Positions 48,480 through 61,767 of a stretch of 64,000 nucleotides of DNA are shown in pieces. Under the pieces are notes generated by a model, which saw only the letters and a program-made list of their open reading frames with translations, was not told the DNA's origin and made no database searches. Position numbers and translations under genes: made by a program. Positions within the stretch are counted from its first letter, which is position 1, and the number at the start of each line of letters is the position of its first letter. The DNA is from Octopus bimaculoides (lineage: Eukaryota), in NCBI RefSeq assembly GCF_001194135.2, contig NC_068981.1:134088183-134152182 (forward strand). The letters run 5' to 3'.

Positions 48480-48930
48480 CACTAGAAGATAAATAAGCCA
48501 AAATGAAGATTCATAACCAAGGACAAAATTGTATCTAAACAATCAAAAATATAATTGCAGCTGAAGACAAAAATGAAGTGCAAAATGCAAAATCAAAATT
48601 CAAATACTAAATACAACAGGTCAAAGATTAGCAGCAATGAATATCTATCCAAAGATGAAGAAACAATGGTTGCAAAGAAAGATGAACAACCAATGATATA
48701 ACTGAAGATGTAAAGCCAAGAATTCAGCCAAAGATGAAGATCTAAGAATAAAAGCAAATAATGGGGACTGGATGAAAAATCAACAATATAACAAAAATAA
48801 AGAAATAAGTAGATATATCCAAAACTGAAGAAACAAAAATATCACCATGTATAAAGACATAGGAGTTCAATCAAAACTGAATAATCAAGATTTATAACAA
48901 ACGACTAACTTAAGGCTAAACAACAACAAT
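48480..48930. repeat. continuation of the 26-bp degenerate satellite
   Basis: For example tcagccaaagatgaagatctaagaat near 48724, and atccaaagatgaagaaac near 48647. Confidence 0.62.
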
Positions 48931-49676
48931 AGTATATTGTACATATCTCAAATCAATTTGTTTTCAGTCTAGACTTCCTTCCAGTTGCACAACGCATTAG
49001 AAAGAGAAAGAGAGAGGGGGAGGGAGGGGGATCGTACAAAGAAAAATAGACACTGAAACTGGACAATAAAACGGACTTAAAACAGAGTGATAGACATAAG
49101 GAGAACTGGAAGCAAAAATGGAAGAAAAAGGGTTAGTGGCAAAGTGTCTGGTTGCATACAAAATATATTAATGTTAATAGAGTATGTGTGGGATAGAGGG
49201 AGATTAAATAAATGGTAAGTTATTGAAAAATAAATGTGGTATGTGATGCAAGCATGCATGCATACATACATACATACCACACTTGCTGTAATACATCTCT
49301 AATTCAACAGGAAAATATATTAATGTATTTTCTCATTAAATATTTACTAATGGTCAAACACCTGATTGTGTTGTATTCGTCAACCCCCAAAACCTATTTG
49401 ATTCAATTTTACACATCAACTGGTAGTTTATGAATGCATGTACGATGTGCAGAACAAACGTACGAAAGTCTCCGAGTAAGAGTATGTGTCTATTATTTAT
49501 TTTGAGATGAGTGAGTTGTTAACTAATTTGTTAAGTATTTCACTTGATGACTGCAAGCTCCATCACTATCACAGCGAAGGACAGTCTAAGGTAGCATTCA
49601 CACACACACGTATGTACGTATATGTATTTATACATACATAAATATATATGTATTTATACATACATAAATTCATACA

Positions 49677-49724
<48 letters not shown>

Positions 49725-50621
49725 CTGCGTGTATGTGTGTGTGTGTCAGTATGTATGTGTGGGTGTTTTAATATTAGAGCCGGTAGTCTATGTGCTTTAA
49801 ATTAAGAAGTATAAAATAGATGTAATTACTTTAAATCCATGTTTGTTAAACGTCGTCAGTAAACTAATTAGAACGTCGATATCATTTTTAATTGTTGCAA
49901 TAATAAATAAACAACAACAGCAATTACGTCTACAATAACATCGACTACTACTGCTACTACTACTACTACTATCACCGCCAACACAATCACTACTAGCGCC
50001 AACACCATCACTATCACTATTGTAACCAATATTCACCAGTAAACGTGGAGATATAGCAGAGAGGACTGGTGTTTTTCTTTCTCGTCATTTAATATATATT
50101 TACAACCGATGTGTTCTTCCCCTGTCGAGACAGCAAAGATATCAAAACAGGTAACAAAAACCCAACAAAACACCTACAAATAACGATACAATTCTAGCTA
50201 CCTTTAACGTGCAATGTACACACATGTGTATACATGAACGTGTGTCTGTGTATGTATATGTATGAAGCTCATTTATTTATTCATATTATGTAAATTATCT
50301 CTATGTAAATTAAATGACATTCAATAATTTTTGTATATGCAAACACTACACACAAACAGTATACATATTTTAATATCAATTTTGTTACATCTATCTATTT
50401 ATCTATCTATCTATCTATCTATCATGAGTGTGTGTAAGAATTTGTTTGTATTATATTTCTCTTTGTATAACGGGACTGTATATTAACATTTCCTGTAAAA
50501 TAATTTACAATAGATCTATTGTATATTTAAGATGATATGTGATGAGGCTTGGCAAATTGGTGGGAAGGGTGTCTTTTCGATTTATAATATTTTAAGTGAT
50601 AATCTTTATCCACTGAATCTG

Positions 50622-50671
<50 letters not shown>

Positions 50672-53055
50672 TCTGTAATGTATATAAAATAAATTTGCTT
50701 TGCTGTTTTAAAGCAGACGAGCCTCAAAATAGAAGCAACTAAATACAAGAAGCAAGCATCTATTTATCTTTTCGTTTTCTTAGGAGTTTTTATGTAAGTC
50801 GCGCTTTGATTGTTGACGTTGGAGATAATTTATTTACTAATGATATAATTTCGCCAAACTCTCTGTCAGAAGAAATTTACCTGAAGCAGTCAGTGTCTTT
50901 TATTGGTAAGGCTAATGTTACAAATAAACAGAATTCTACCAATATACTCAGATGTACTCTTATTAATTAAGACTTAGTCTTATTAATTAATTACCTCTTA
51001 TCCGGCACCAGTAGAAGAAACTTGTGTCCGCTTATTTTTTTTTTCCTCACTGAACACTCGAGTTTCTTCCTATAATCCTTACATATTTTCTCTTTTCTTA
51101 AGGCAATAAGACCTATTGAAAAAGCTGACGTAGTTTATAATTATTGTTAAAAAATTAACTTCAACAAATTATCTACATTGTTATACGACAGTTATTGGTT
51201 TGTGGGGATATTCTGTAATGTAATCCTTACCAACCGCAAGGAAATGGCTACACGGAAACCGTTATGGTAAACAACCAACATATAAACAGCACATGGTTAT
51301 TATGAAACCTTCAACAAAGTAGAATCTCTTCGCTCCATGCCTGTCATGTTATATTTTGCTTGACTGTTCTTTATTTCTTGTTTTAAATCGATCGCACTTA
51401 TTGTGTCTCTCGTGTGTGTATGTGTAACTTATCAACACATTTGTTGTTCGTACGTGTCAGTAGGTTTATTGTTTGTACTCGGTGTGTCTATGTGTGAAAA
51501 ATAAACTGCATGTCTCATCACATCTGTAATGTTACAAGCAACTATTGCTTTTAAATATTTTAACTATGTTGTTGTTGACCCCCAAGCGAGTCCGGATCGA
51601 ACAGATGAAGGATGTTCCTTCCGTGAAATCCCCGTTCCTCTCCCCCCAGACATAATATATCAAGGATTTTTTTATTTCAATGCGTTTTGATTTTTTTTAA
51701 AGATTACAGGGTTTGATTTCATGGAATTTTAGCTGCTATTTCTAGTAGAGCGTAGGATGTTGCTGTAATTAATAATGAAAATGTACTTCAATATACACAT
51801 TACCACAAAACAGATACGCTCAAGTATGCACTTACATGTCTACGCACACGCACGATGAAATAATTCAAGCATTCCTCGAAGGGAACTACAGTCGAGTAAA
51901 TTAGTCAACAATTATCGATTCTGTGTCTTAGCTGGAAAAATGATAAATTTTGTTTCTTGAGGGTCACTAATTAAGCAGACAACCCTATGACAAAGTGACT
52001 TTATATTTATTGCACTACATTGTTTAATGTAAATTACCAAGACTATTTAGCAAGCATATCTCAACATGCTACTACACTTAACTATATAAATTAGATAGTA
52101 TTTATTCACAGCTCACAATACTGGACCTCCCTTGTCATTGTCGACTATTATTTCGAAATATATTCGATAAATATACTCAACCGTTTCCTGGCGAGATTGC
52201 TTAGCGCGCAGAGATTTCCAAGTGATCTCCATATATTTCCCCTAAACCTAATCTCTGTTAGATTACAACATTCTCCCACAAAAGATATTTACTTTTCCTT
52301 TCCATATTTAACTCCTATTTTCTGTCTCTCATCCCATTTAATTTCACATAATCAACTAATATTACATTTAAATTTTCGATAACTTAGTTTCTTAATTTAT
52401 ATTAGTCGTCGCCATAGTAATTTAGATAAGGTTATCAAATAACCTCAGACCGATTAGATAATCTAAAATCCTCACGTAGATAGGTATAGATATATTAATT
52501 AGCCGAGATAACATTGTTTTAGCCGTCCTCATTGTTCCCCCAAGTATTTAACTTGTTTTCCCCCTCCACCTCCTACACACCGTTATTTAATTATTCTCTC
52601 TTCTCTCTCTTTTACAACTGACTAACCAATTCTCAGACCCCCACCTTCCTTTCTCTAGTTCTTTTCAAGCTTTTATATTTCTCTTGCCGCCTACCGTCCC
52701 ATACTGTTCTCAAGTTTATATTTTCCAAGTGCACATGTGCAAAATTGTTGCCGCCAGACTTAACTATATACCAACATAAATTAGCATGTTCAACGAATGT
52801 ACACATGCCATCACCTGTAAACACATACGTATACTAACCAAATTGCCCCTTACACACCTAAAATTTCTCCACACTTAAATTTTAATAAACCAAATATATC
52901 AGATGATCGTCTTTTATAAATCAATGGTTAAATCACCTACTACTTGATTGCGATAAATTAAAAATATTGTGAAAGATAAGCAGATACCAATTCTTTTTAA
53001 CCGGCCGAACACCTTCGATTTTCATCTAGCGTAATCAATAGTTCTGGATCTTTGA

Positions 53056-53112
<57 letters not shown>

Positions 53113-53765
53113 GTCTTATTTTTTTTTATTGCGTGTTAGTATTATTATGAATATTATTATCTGAAACACATATACTTCTGAGATTACAAACAAGTATATT
53201 CATGAATTAACTGAAATCCATACATACAACCAAAATCTAATACTATAGATCAATTATAGTGTAGTACTGTTATTATATAACTTGTTGATTGAGAAATGTG
53301 TATTAATGAGATAAAGCCATTCTGTAAGATTCGCCAGTTTCAATATTGGCAAAACTGATAACGGGTGTGCGTCAATTCTTTGTCGTTATTAATTCATTCA
53401 ATCACCTACCAGTGACCATTACAAATTTCACCATTTCTAAAATAACTCATTCACGGTTTACGTAATTTTACTTGCTCACGTGAGCCATCTCTTTGTCACT
53501 TCTCTGAATATATATATATACATATCTATACGCGGGTTTGTGTGTGTATACATGTGTATGTGTTTGTCTGTGAGTACGTAAGTATGTATGTATGTATGTA
53601 TGCATGTAGGTATGTATGTATGTATGTGAGTGCGTATGTATGTATGTATATATATGCGTATATATATATGAGTACATAAATATGTCTACATGTATATATG
53701 TTAATGTGTATAAATGTATATGTGTGTATATACATATTTACATGTATAAAAATAAATGTTATGTT

Positions 53766-53819
<54 letters not shown>

Positions 53820-53911
53820 ATGTAAATATATATACATATATATGTGTGTAAATATATATATATATATTTATTTATATAATATATTTACACACATATGTAT
53901 ATATTTACATT

Positions 53912-53942
<31 letters not shown>

Positions 53943-54414
53943 TANNNNNNNNNNNNNNNNNNNNNNNNNNNNNNNNNNNNNNNNNNNNNNNNNNNNNNNN
54001 NNNNNNNNNNNNNNNNNNNNNNNNNNNNNNNNNNNNNNNNNNNNNNNNNNNNNNNNNNNNNNNNNNNNNNNNNNNNNNNNNNNNNNNNNNNNNNNNNNNN
54101 NNNNNNNNNNNNNNNNNNNNNNNNNNNNNNNNNNNNNNNNNNNNNNNNNNNNNNNNNNNNNNNNNNNNNNNNNNNNNNNNNNNNNNNNNNNNNNNNNNNG
54201 TGAATTAGTGTGTTGAAGTATATTTTCAATGACTACTGAAGAGGTTGCAAGACAATGAAAATTTTAGAAAAAATAAATTAGTGAATGAGTGGAAATTGAA
54301 CTGGTGAGTGTGTTAAGTAATAAGACACTAAAAGAGAATGACACTCCCCTTGGTTGAGTATGCTTATGAGTCAACAATTACGATTGCACGATATATATAT
54401 ATATATATATGTAC

Positions 54415-55030
54415 ATCATCATTTAACATCTGTTGTCCATGCTGGCATGGGTTGGATGGTTTGACTAGGGCTGGAAGGCTGCACCAGACTCCAGTCTGAT
54501 TTGGCATGGTTTTCTACGGCTGGATGCCCCTCCTAATGCTGGCCACTCCAAGAGTGTAATGGGTGCTTTTACGTGCCACTGGCATGTTTGTGTGACACCG
54601 GTATCTGCCATGACTATGATTTTGCTTGGCATGATGGATCTTCTTCTCAAGCACAACATAGTGTCCCAGTTATTGCCTCGGTGTGGCTAAGCATTCGAAA
54701 GGAACTTAAGGTACTTTGCCTCCGGGAGGCCCAACACTCGAAAGGCATTCAGCCACTTTGCCTCCGTGAGGTCCTACTCTCGAAAGGAACTCAGCCACTT
54801 TGCCTCCTTGAAGCCCAATGCTTGAATTGTACTCTTTACATGCCACTGGCATGGGTGCCAGTTACATGACACCAACATTAGCCATGACTATGATTTCACT
54901 TGCCTTTACAAGTTTTCTCGAATACAGCATATCGCCAAAGGTCTCAGTCACTAGTCATTGCCTTTGTGAGGTTTGAAGTTCAAAGATCATGCTTCACCAC
55001 TCTGTCTCATGTCTTCCTGGGTCTACCTCT
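54415..55030 (-). mobile_element. RTE LINE 3' end (last RT residues plus 3' UTR with a 42-bp VNTR)
   Basis: Minus strand RKT*DRVVKHDL*..TKAMTSD*DLWRYAVFEKT, then the UTR and (GAT)n tail. The motif actttgcctcc recurs at 54713, 54755 and 54797. Confidence 0.8.
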
Positions 55031-55048
55031 ACTATAGGTTCCTTACAC

Positions 55049-55316
55049 CAGTGCTACTCAAAGTGGTGGTCTGCAGAGCCATCAGCTGCTGGTATGCGGT
55101 GAGTTTCCAGAAAAGAAACATTATAAAATGCTTATGTAATATTGTATTACTTGTTTACAAAATAAAGATAAGATAAAAAAATTGTCAACTTTTATTATAT
55201 TCATTATATATATTGTTTCCAGTATAAATTAATATTACTAAGAAATATTACCAGTCCCTGGCACACTGGAATAAAAAACTGCCGGAATGCTACATCAGTT
55301 AGTTTGAGAAGCATTG
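55049..55316. mobile_element. hAT (Charlie-like) MITE
   Basis: TIRs cagtgctactcaaa / tttgagaagcattg (12/14) and 8-bp TSD ccttacac (55041-55048) / ccctacac (55317-55324). Confidence 0.85.
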
Positions 55317-56175
55317 CCCTACACAGTTTGAGATTGGCACTTCTTTACATAGCTGTCCTCGTCCATATGCATATATGTATATATAGTCACAGAAGTCTAA
55401 AGCAGGCTTCTGCCTGGATGGCACCTGTCAAACTGTCCCACCCATGCCAGCACAGAAGGCAGACATCAAACGATGATGATATATATATATATATATTGTG
55501 TTGTTAATCTAGAGAGATCCTCTCACAATATATATATATATATGAGATCTATATATGATATATATATATGTGAGATCCTCTCACAATATATATATATATA
55601 TATTGTGTTGTTAATCTAGAGAGATCCTCTCACATAGGCACTTGGTGCATAAAAGTACAGAAATAGGTCACAGCAGACAAGAATCCATATGTCATGGCTA
55701 CCGGAATTCCCATATCATGTGATTTCATTCTACTGGAAAACATCAGTGGTAAGCGTCCAATCATCATTTGCCTGTCAAATCTTGCTGCTACAATATATAG
55801 TATATCAGCATCTTTTCAGACACTGATGTTGCAAATATCCAATGGGTTTATTAAAAATTAATTATTAGCAACAGAAGCAATATTAATACCAAAAGTTAAT
55901 CTTTATATCCAACTTAACATGAGTGTCTTGTTAGAACATCGAATACTGTGTTATTAGCCAGGAGAGATCCACTCATATAGATGCTTGGTGCATCATCTGC
56001 TACGATCTATGTGTGTGCTTTTATGCACCAAGCACTTATGTAAGTCCTTGACTTTAAGGGTATCACAGCTAAGTTCCAGGCTTTGAGGATATCATGAAAA
56101 TCATAGTTAACTGATCGTCATGTATTTTGTTTTACCCAAAGCCAGGAACTTTTCAGTAACCCCACATATATATGC

Positions 56176-56223
<48 letters not shown>

Positions 56224-56423
56224 AATAAATAAAATATAAATATATGCATATATACATACATATATGTACATACCTACATATATTATTATTACCTCCATAC
56301 TTCAAGGGTATGCCCTGACACTTGTCACCATCTATGTCACTCTTCTTTTATTTGACCATCCCACTTATATTCTGATCCCCATCCCTTGTGAGTATGCCTA
56401 GCACTCTACCACCATCTCTCTCC

Positions 56424-56490
56424 TTCTCTCTTGCACTCTCTCTCCTGTTCTCTTGCACTCTCTCTCCTGCTCTCTTGCACTCTCTCTCCT
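56424..56490. repeat. 22-bp minisatellite, 3 copies
   Basis: ttgcactctctctcc recurs at 56431, 56453 and 56475. Confidence 0.85.
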
Positions 56491-56798
56491 TCTCATGCTC
56501 TTCCATCAGGCCGGGTAACCACGTATCTCTTTTACAGCAGCACACCTGTTTCTGTCCTCATTCCTGATCACTCTCTCCCTCTCTCTCTCTAGCTAGGTAA
56601 CCTTGTACCTCCTCTACAGCAAGATACCTGTTTCTGTCTTTCTGTCTCACTAAAACCTTTTATCATCTGACACAAGATTACCGCCTCCAATGCCCCCTCC
56701 CCTCTCAAAGGATCTTTATCTTGCAAGTTACTTGGTAACCCTGCCAGTGCTGATGTCACGTAAAAAGCATCCAGTCCACACTGTAAAGTGGTTGGCTT

Positions 56799-57771
56799 GA
56801 AAATTGGTAATCTGATGGAGCAAGGTCTGGTCTGTAGGCTGGATGAGGTAGCACCTCCAGCATTTCAAGTTCCTCAAGTTTGCCTTTGGTCACATTGTCA
56901 TGCTGTAGGAATGTGCTTCTTTGATTGGCCAGTGCTAGGTCGCAGGCTTTCAAAGCATCATATACTCACTACAGTTGTTGAGCCTAGAGGTTAGCATTCA
57001 CATCATGACCATTTGGGACAAGCTCAAGTGCAACACCCCCTTAAAATTCCGTTCAAACTTGTATGACAATAGGTTCTGAAACCTGGCCAGATGAAGCCAC
57101 TGGTTTCTCTTATCAGGATTATGAAAATAGATCCAATTTTCATCCCCAGTTACAATTTGATGCTAAAAATGGGCATCTTGATGATTTGCCAGCAGTTATT
57201 TGCAAATGTTCATGTGTCATTGAACCTGGTTGCTGGTCAGTTCATGAGGAACTTCTTGACAGCTTGACAGCATTTGGTCACAAGGCCGAGCTTATGGAGG
57301 TGTTGATTGATGGTGCTTTATGAAGGACCAAGTTCTACTGACTATTCACAAGTGCCTGTGCCTAACTGTTGTTCAGCTGTTTCAAGCAAGGCCTCATCTT
57401 CCACAGCAGGTCTCCCTGACCTTGGTTTGTCTTCAAAGCAGATGTCACCTTCCTTGAAATGTCGGAAACAGTTTGGTTCTACAAGTTCTTTGACAGTTCC
57501 TGGACCTTCCACATCATTAGTTTTTTTTGCTGCCACCCTTTTTTCTGTAACTAGCATAAAATGGCCCTAATTGCAATTTTTTCACTGCTCATTATCAAAG
57601 CTGTAGAAAAAAGAATAAATTATTCATGTTTATACTTTATATATGAAAATAAAGAATAAACAATTCAGCAATGATTGGACAATAAATTGTATCAAATCAC
57701 TGATGTAACATGGAGATACAAGTTGCTAAAAAACATCAGTGAAAATCCCCCAAAACTTTGATACAGCCTGG
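56799..57771 (-). mobile_element. near-complete but degenerate mariner element, 3' end truncated
   Basis: From the ATG at 57592: MSSEKIAIRAIL.., FKEGDICFEDKPRSGRP, EVPHELT, IVTGDENWIYFHNPDKRNQW, ELVPNG, LQHDN, HPAYRPDLAPSDYQF, with several stops and frameshifts. A TIR-like ccaggctgtatcaaag lies at about 57771. Confidence 0.92.
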
Positions 57772-57849
57772 TGTGTGTGTGTGTGTGTGTGTGTTCTATC
57801 TACTGTAAGTAATTGGTACTTCTTTATGCAGTTACCCTCATCATATGCC

Positions 57850-58200
57850 CATATCAGTGCAGCCTTCTCTCCTGCATATTTTTCTCAACACGTTTGTAGT
57901 GTTCATGTACACTGAATGTGCACATCTGGTTGAGCATGTTTACTCCATTTCTTTCTAGTCTTTGCAAGTCCTCTGCATTTGAGGCTTGTCTCTCACAACC
58001 ATGCAGCGTTACAGTTTGTACACAAGAACTATACAGTGTTCTTTCATTCTGCGAGAGAAACCTTTTGTTACCACTAGAAGTAATAGTTTCCAGAATTTTC
58101 TGCAGCATGTTTTTATTCTAGTAATTTTACTGTATGAACATCCTCTTCTGCTAGTAAGGTCACCTAGGTAATAGAAACTGTGTACTACTGCTTGGGCATT
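57850..58200 (-). mobile_element. RTE LINE RT fragment, old
   Basis: VVHSFYYLGDL..RIKTCCRKFWKLLLLVVTKGFS and LYSSCVQTVTLHGCE..EDLQRLERN. Confidence 0.8.
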
Positions 58201-58290
58201 TCAGAAAATCTATTTCCTATATATCCATTAAGGGCTGAAGCCTGAACAGTAAAATGTTCACTCACTGAGGGCATCCAGTCCCACTTAATA

Positions 58291-58585
58291 TCATCATCGT
58301 TGTTTAACGTCCGCTTTCCATGCTAGCATGGGTTGGACGATTTGATTGAGGACTGGTGAAACCAGATGGCTACACCAGGCTCCAATCTGATTTGGCAGAG
58401 TTTCTACAGCTGGATGCCCTTCCTAACGCCAAGCATTCAGAGAGTGTAGTGGGTGCTTTTATGTGCCACTGGCACGAAGGCCAGTCAGGCGGTACTGGCA
58501 ACGGCCACGCTCAAAATGGTGTATTTTACGTGCCACCTGCACAAGAGCCAGTCCAGGAGCACTGGCAACGATCTCTCTCAAAAGT
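58291..58585 (-). mobile_element. RTE-type 3' tail, young
   Basis: Near-identical to 23782-24080. Confidence 0.88.
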
Positions 58586-58759
58586 CCTTACACATGCTGC
58601 GGGCACATACAGTTATTTTTACTTTGATTAACGTCTACTTTTTCAGGATGGCATGAGTTTGGATGGAGAGCTATTTGAAGTAAAAGTCTATGGCCAAATG
58701 CTCTTCCTTTCACCAGTGCTTGTTTCTTTCAAGTAAGGGATTTCTGTATTTGGCAGGTC

Positions 58760-59430
58760 TTGAGTTGTGCACAGGTATCACAACTGCAATTTCCATGTGA
58801 TTTTTATTTTGATGTTGATGTACTTGACTCAAGGTCTCCTCAAGTACAGCAGGTCGCCCTATGATCCAAGGTACTTGAATGGGCTGGGGCTGGTTATGTC
58901 AAGCTGGTGTAGGATACGCCGTGAACTCACTTTATTTGCCTGGTCTTCTCAGTCACAGCTTACCTCCAGAGGTCTCGGTCTTTTGTCATTGCCTCTGTGA
59001 GGCCCAACATTTGAAGGTCATGCTTGACCACCTCATCCCTTATCTTCCTGAGTCTACCTCTACCCCGGATTCCTTCAACTGTTTGGAAGTGGCACTTCTT
59101 CATACATCTCTCCTCATCCATCCGTAGGACATGACCATACCAGTGCAAACGTCTCTCTTGCACACCACATCAGATGCTTCTTATGTCCAACATTTCTCTC
59201 AGGGCGCTTACACTCTGTTGTGTGTGCAGACTGACATTACACATCCAGCGGATCATGCTAGCTTCATTTTTTTCGAGCCTACGCATGTCCTCCACAGTCA
59301 TGGCCCATGTTTCACTGCCGTGAAGCATGGCAGTTCGCACACATGCATCGTACAAACTACCTTTCACTCTGACCGAGAGACCCTTTGTCACCAGTAGGAG
59401 TAGAAACTTTCTAAACTTTGCCCAGGCATA
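58760..59430 (-). mobile_element. RTE LINE RT C-terminus plus proximal 3' UTR
   Basis: AWAKFRKFLLLLVTKGLSVRVKGSLYDACVRTAMLHGSETWAMTVEDMRRLEKNEASMIRWMC..QERRLHWYGHVLRMDEE..GRGRLRK..DRDLWR. Confidence 0.92.
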
Positions 59431-59557
59431 TCCCAACCACATGGTTCCAGATTCAGTCCCACTGTGTGGCATCTTGGGCAAGTGTCTTCTACTGTAGCCT
59501 CAGGCTGATTAAAGCCTTGTGAGTGGATTTGGTAGACGGAAATTGAAAGAAGCTCAT

Positions 59558-59602
<45 letters not shown>

Positions 59603-59800
59603 TTGTGTGTGTGTTTGTTTCCCCGCCATCACTTGACAATTGATGTTGGTGTGTTTATGTCTCCAAAACTTAGTGATTTGGGAAAAGAGACTGATGGAAT
59701 AAGTACTAAGCTTGCAAAGAATAAGTCCTGGGGTCAGTTTGTTTAACTAAAGGTGGTGCTCCAGCATGGCTGCAGTCAAATGACTGAAACAAGTAAAAAG
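59431..59800 (+). mobile_element. SINE family A, 5'-truncated, abutting the RTE relic
   Basis: ccaaccacatggttccagattcagtccc..cttgggcaagtgtc..(CA)n..ggtggtgctccagcatggctgcagtcaaatgactgaaacaagtaaaa. Confidence 0.88.
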
Positions 59801-60299
59801 ACAAGCAAAAAAAAAATGAATATACATATATAAAGTAAAACAAACTGAGTTTGTTTAGAGAGTGTTTAGTTACATCATCTTACATGTATTCCATTAACAA
59901 TGAATAAATATTTGTAATATAAGGAAAATCTTATAAGCTATTTGCATTGTCGATTCTTTAGAGATTTTGTAACTCTCATTAGTAAGTTTTGAGATTTATA
60001 CTGAACTGTCACCAACATTGTTGTCTTGACTACAATAGCGACTGTCAGTAGCAAAAAGAAGTTGTGAGGGGGAGATAAAATGCAGACATATATATAAATC
60101 TATACATGTGCATACACACACATGTACAAGCATGCACATATGCTCACACACACATATAAGGCTGATCTGAGGAGGAGATGACAAATAACTGATATGATTG
60201 TGACTTCACTGTGCTCAAGAAGATCCATTTGTGATGGCAAATGTGAGCCCTAAAAGGTTTATGTTCATGTCTATACAGTCACTGAGTCCTACTCCTGCA

Positions 60300-61100
60300 C
60301 CCTGTCTGTCCTTGTCAAGCCTTTCCCATGTTCCATCTTCCTAATGTCCATATGCCTATCTCTTTCTTATTACAGCATTATCCATTTGCTGTAATCATAT
60401 GAACAGAACTACACATATTTCACCCCCTTTTGTATTATGAGTTCCCCTTCTCTCTGGAGTCACTTTCTTTTAACATTCCTCATTCTCAATATCCGCCCCT
60501 CCCACTTTACTTTCCATTGATCATTCCTTTCTATGACATCAGTTATTGTGCCTTTTATTGCTTGTTATGACTGCAAAACATCACCTTTAACACCCTCTCA
60601 TATCTGCTATTATTCTCAACGTCATATCTGACATCAATGCACCTCCCCACCTTTGTCCTCCACTCACTATATCCATCCCTACATAAATCTGACCTCCATC
60701 TCTGTCACTGTATGTCTCAGTCTCTCACCCACACTTCCCCAATCTACATATCATTTCTCTATTTCTCATCTACCTACAGCCCTCCACTATTTCTGTACTT
60801 CCACTTACCACTTCCTCCCTTCTGAGCCACTCTTATTTCTTTCACTTCCCTCTAGCCCAAACTGATAGTTTCCACTGGCCATGCCTCCACTCTTATTTAC
60901 CATTTACTACTTTCACCTCTACACTCATCTCTAACCATCTGCTTCTCTTCTCTCACATCTTACAAATTCTCCACCTGCCCTTTTGATCTTCAGTCCGTAT
61001 TCTCTATTATACTCCCCTGCATTAAGAGTATACTTTGACATCTTTTCACCACTGTTTTTACCTTCCTTCCAGTTCGTCCTACACACCTTTATATAATGCA
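60300..61100 (+). mobile_element. possible very old Penelope-like 3' relic
   Basis: C/T-rich composition similar to 33339-33990, with only faint PFPC and HSFYD-like traces; weak. Confidence 0.25.
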
Positions 61101-61596
61101 GGGTAACCTTGTATCTCCTCTATAGCAAGTCACCTTGCCATAACAGCTAGCATAAAACCATCTCTGCTACATCTCTACTCAGTTAAGGAGATTTTTCCTT
61201 TTTTTATGCCTTGCAAGTTAACTGCTGATAAGTTACATTGGGAAATATTAGCTTACTTGGAAACAGGTGCAAGTTGGTGACAGGAAAGGCATCTGGGCAT
61301 AGAAATTCTACTGTGATAAACTTTGACCCATCCATGCAAGCATGGAAAAGTGGTTGATGATGATGACTTATAAAACATATATATTGTAATTTTTTATATA
61401 TATATATATATATACATATATCATCATGATCATGATCATTGTTTAATGTCTGCCTTCCATGTTGGCAATCGGTTGGATGGTTTGACAGGAGCCAGCCAGG
61501 CAAAAGCCTGCACCAGACTTGTGTGTCTGTTTTGACAGGGCTTTTACAACTAGATGCCCTCCCTCACATCAATCACCCAGAAGAGTGGACTGAGTG

Positions 61597-61632
<36 letters not shown>

Positions 61633-61721
61633 AAACGTGTGTGGTGTGTATGTGTGTATGTACACCTGTATGCATATACATAATTAAACATATATGTATT
61701 AATATATATAGATATTTATAT

Positions 61722-61767
<46 letters not shown>

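Noticed and set aside
50960-50996. Small palindrome taagact-t-agtctta within ttaattaa repeats
   Set aside because: Short and AT-rich; expected by chance or local slippage.
51600-51645. cagatga..gaaat hammerhead look-alike
   Set aside because: Two core mismatches and no stem I.
52005-52030. tattgcact, a miR-92-like seed
   Set aside because: The match stops after the seed and there is no precursor hairpin.
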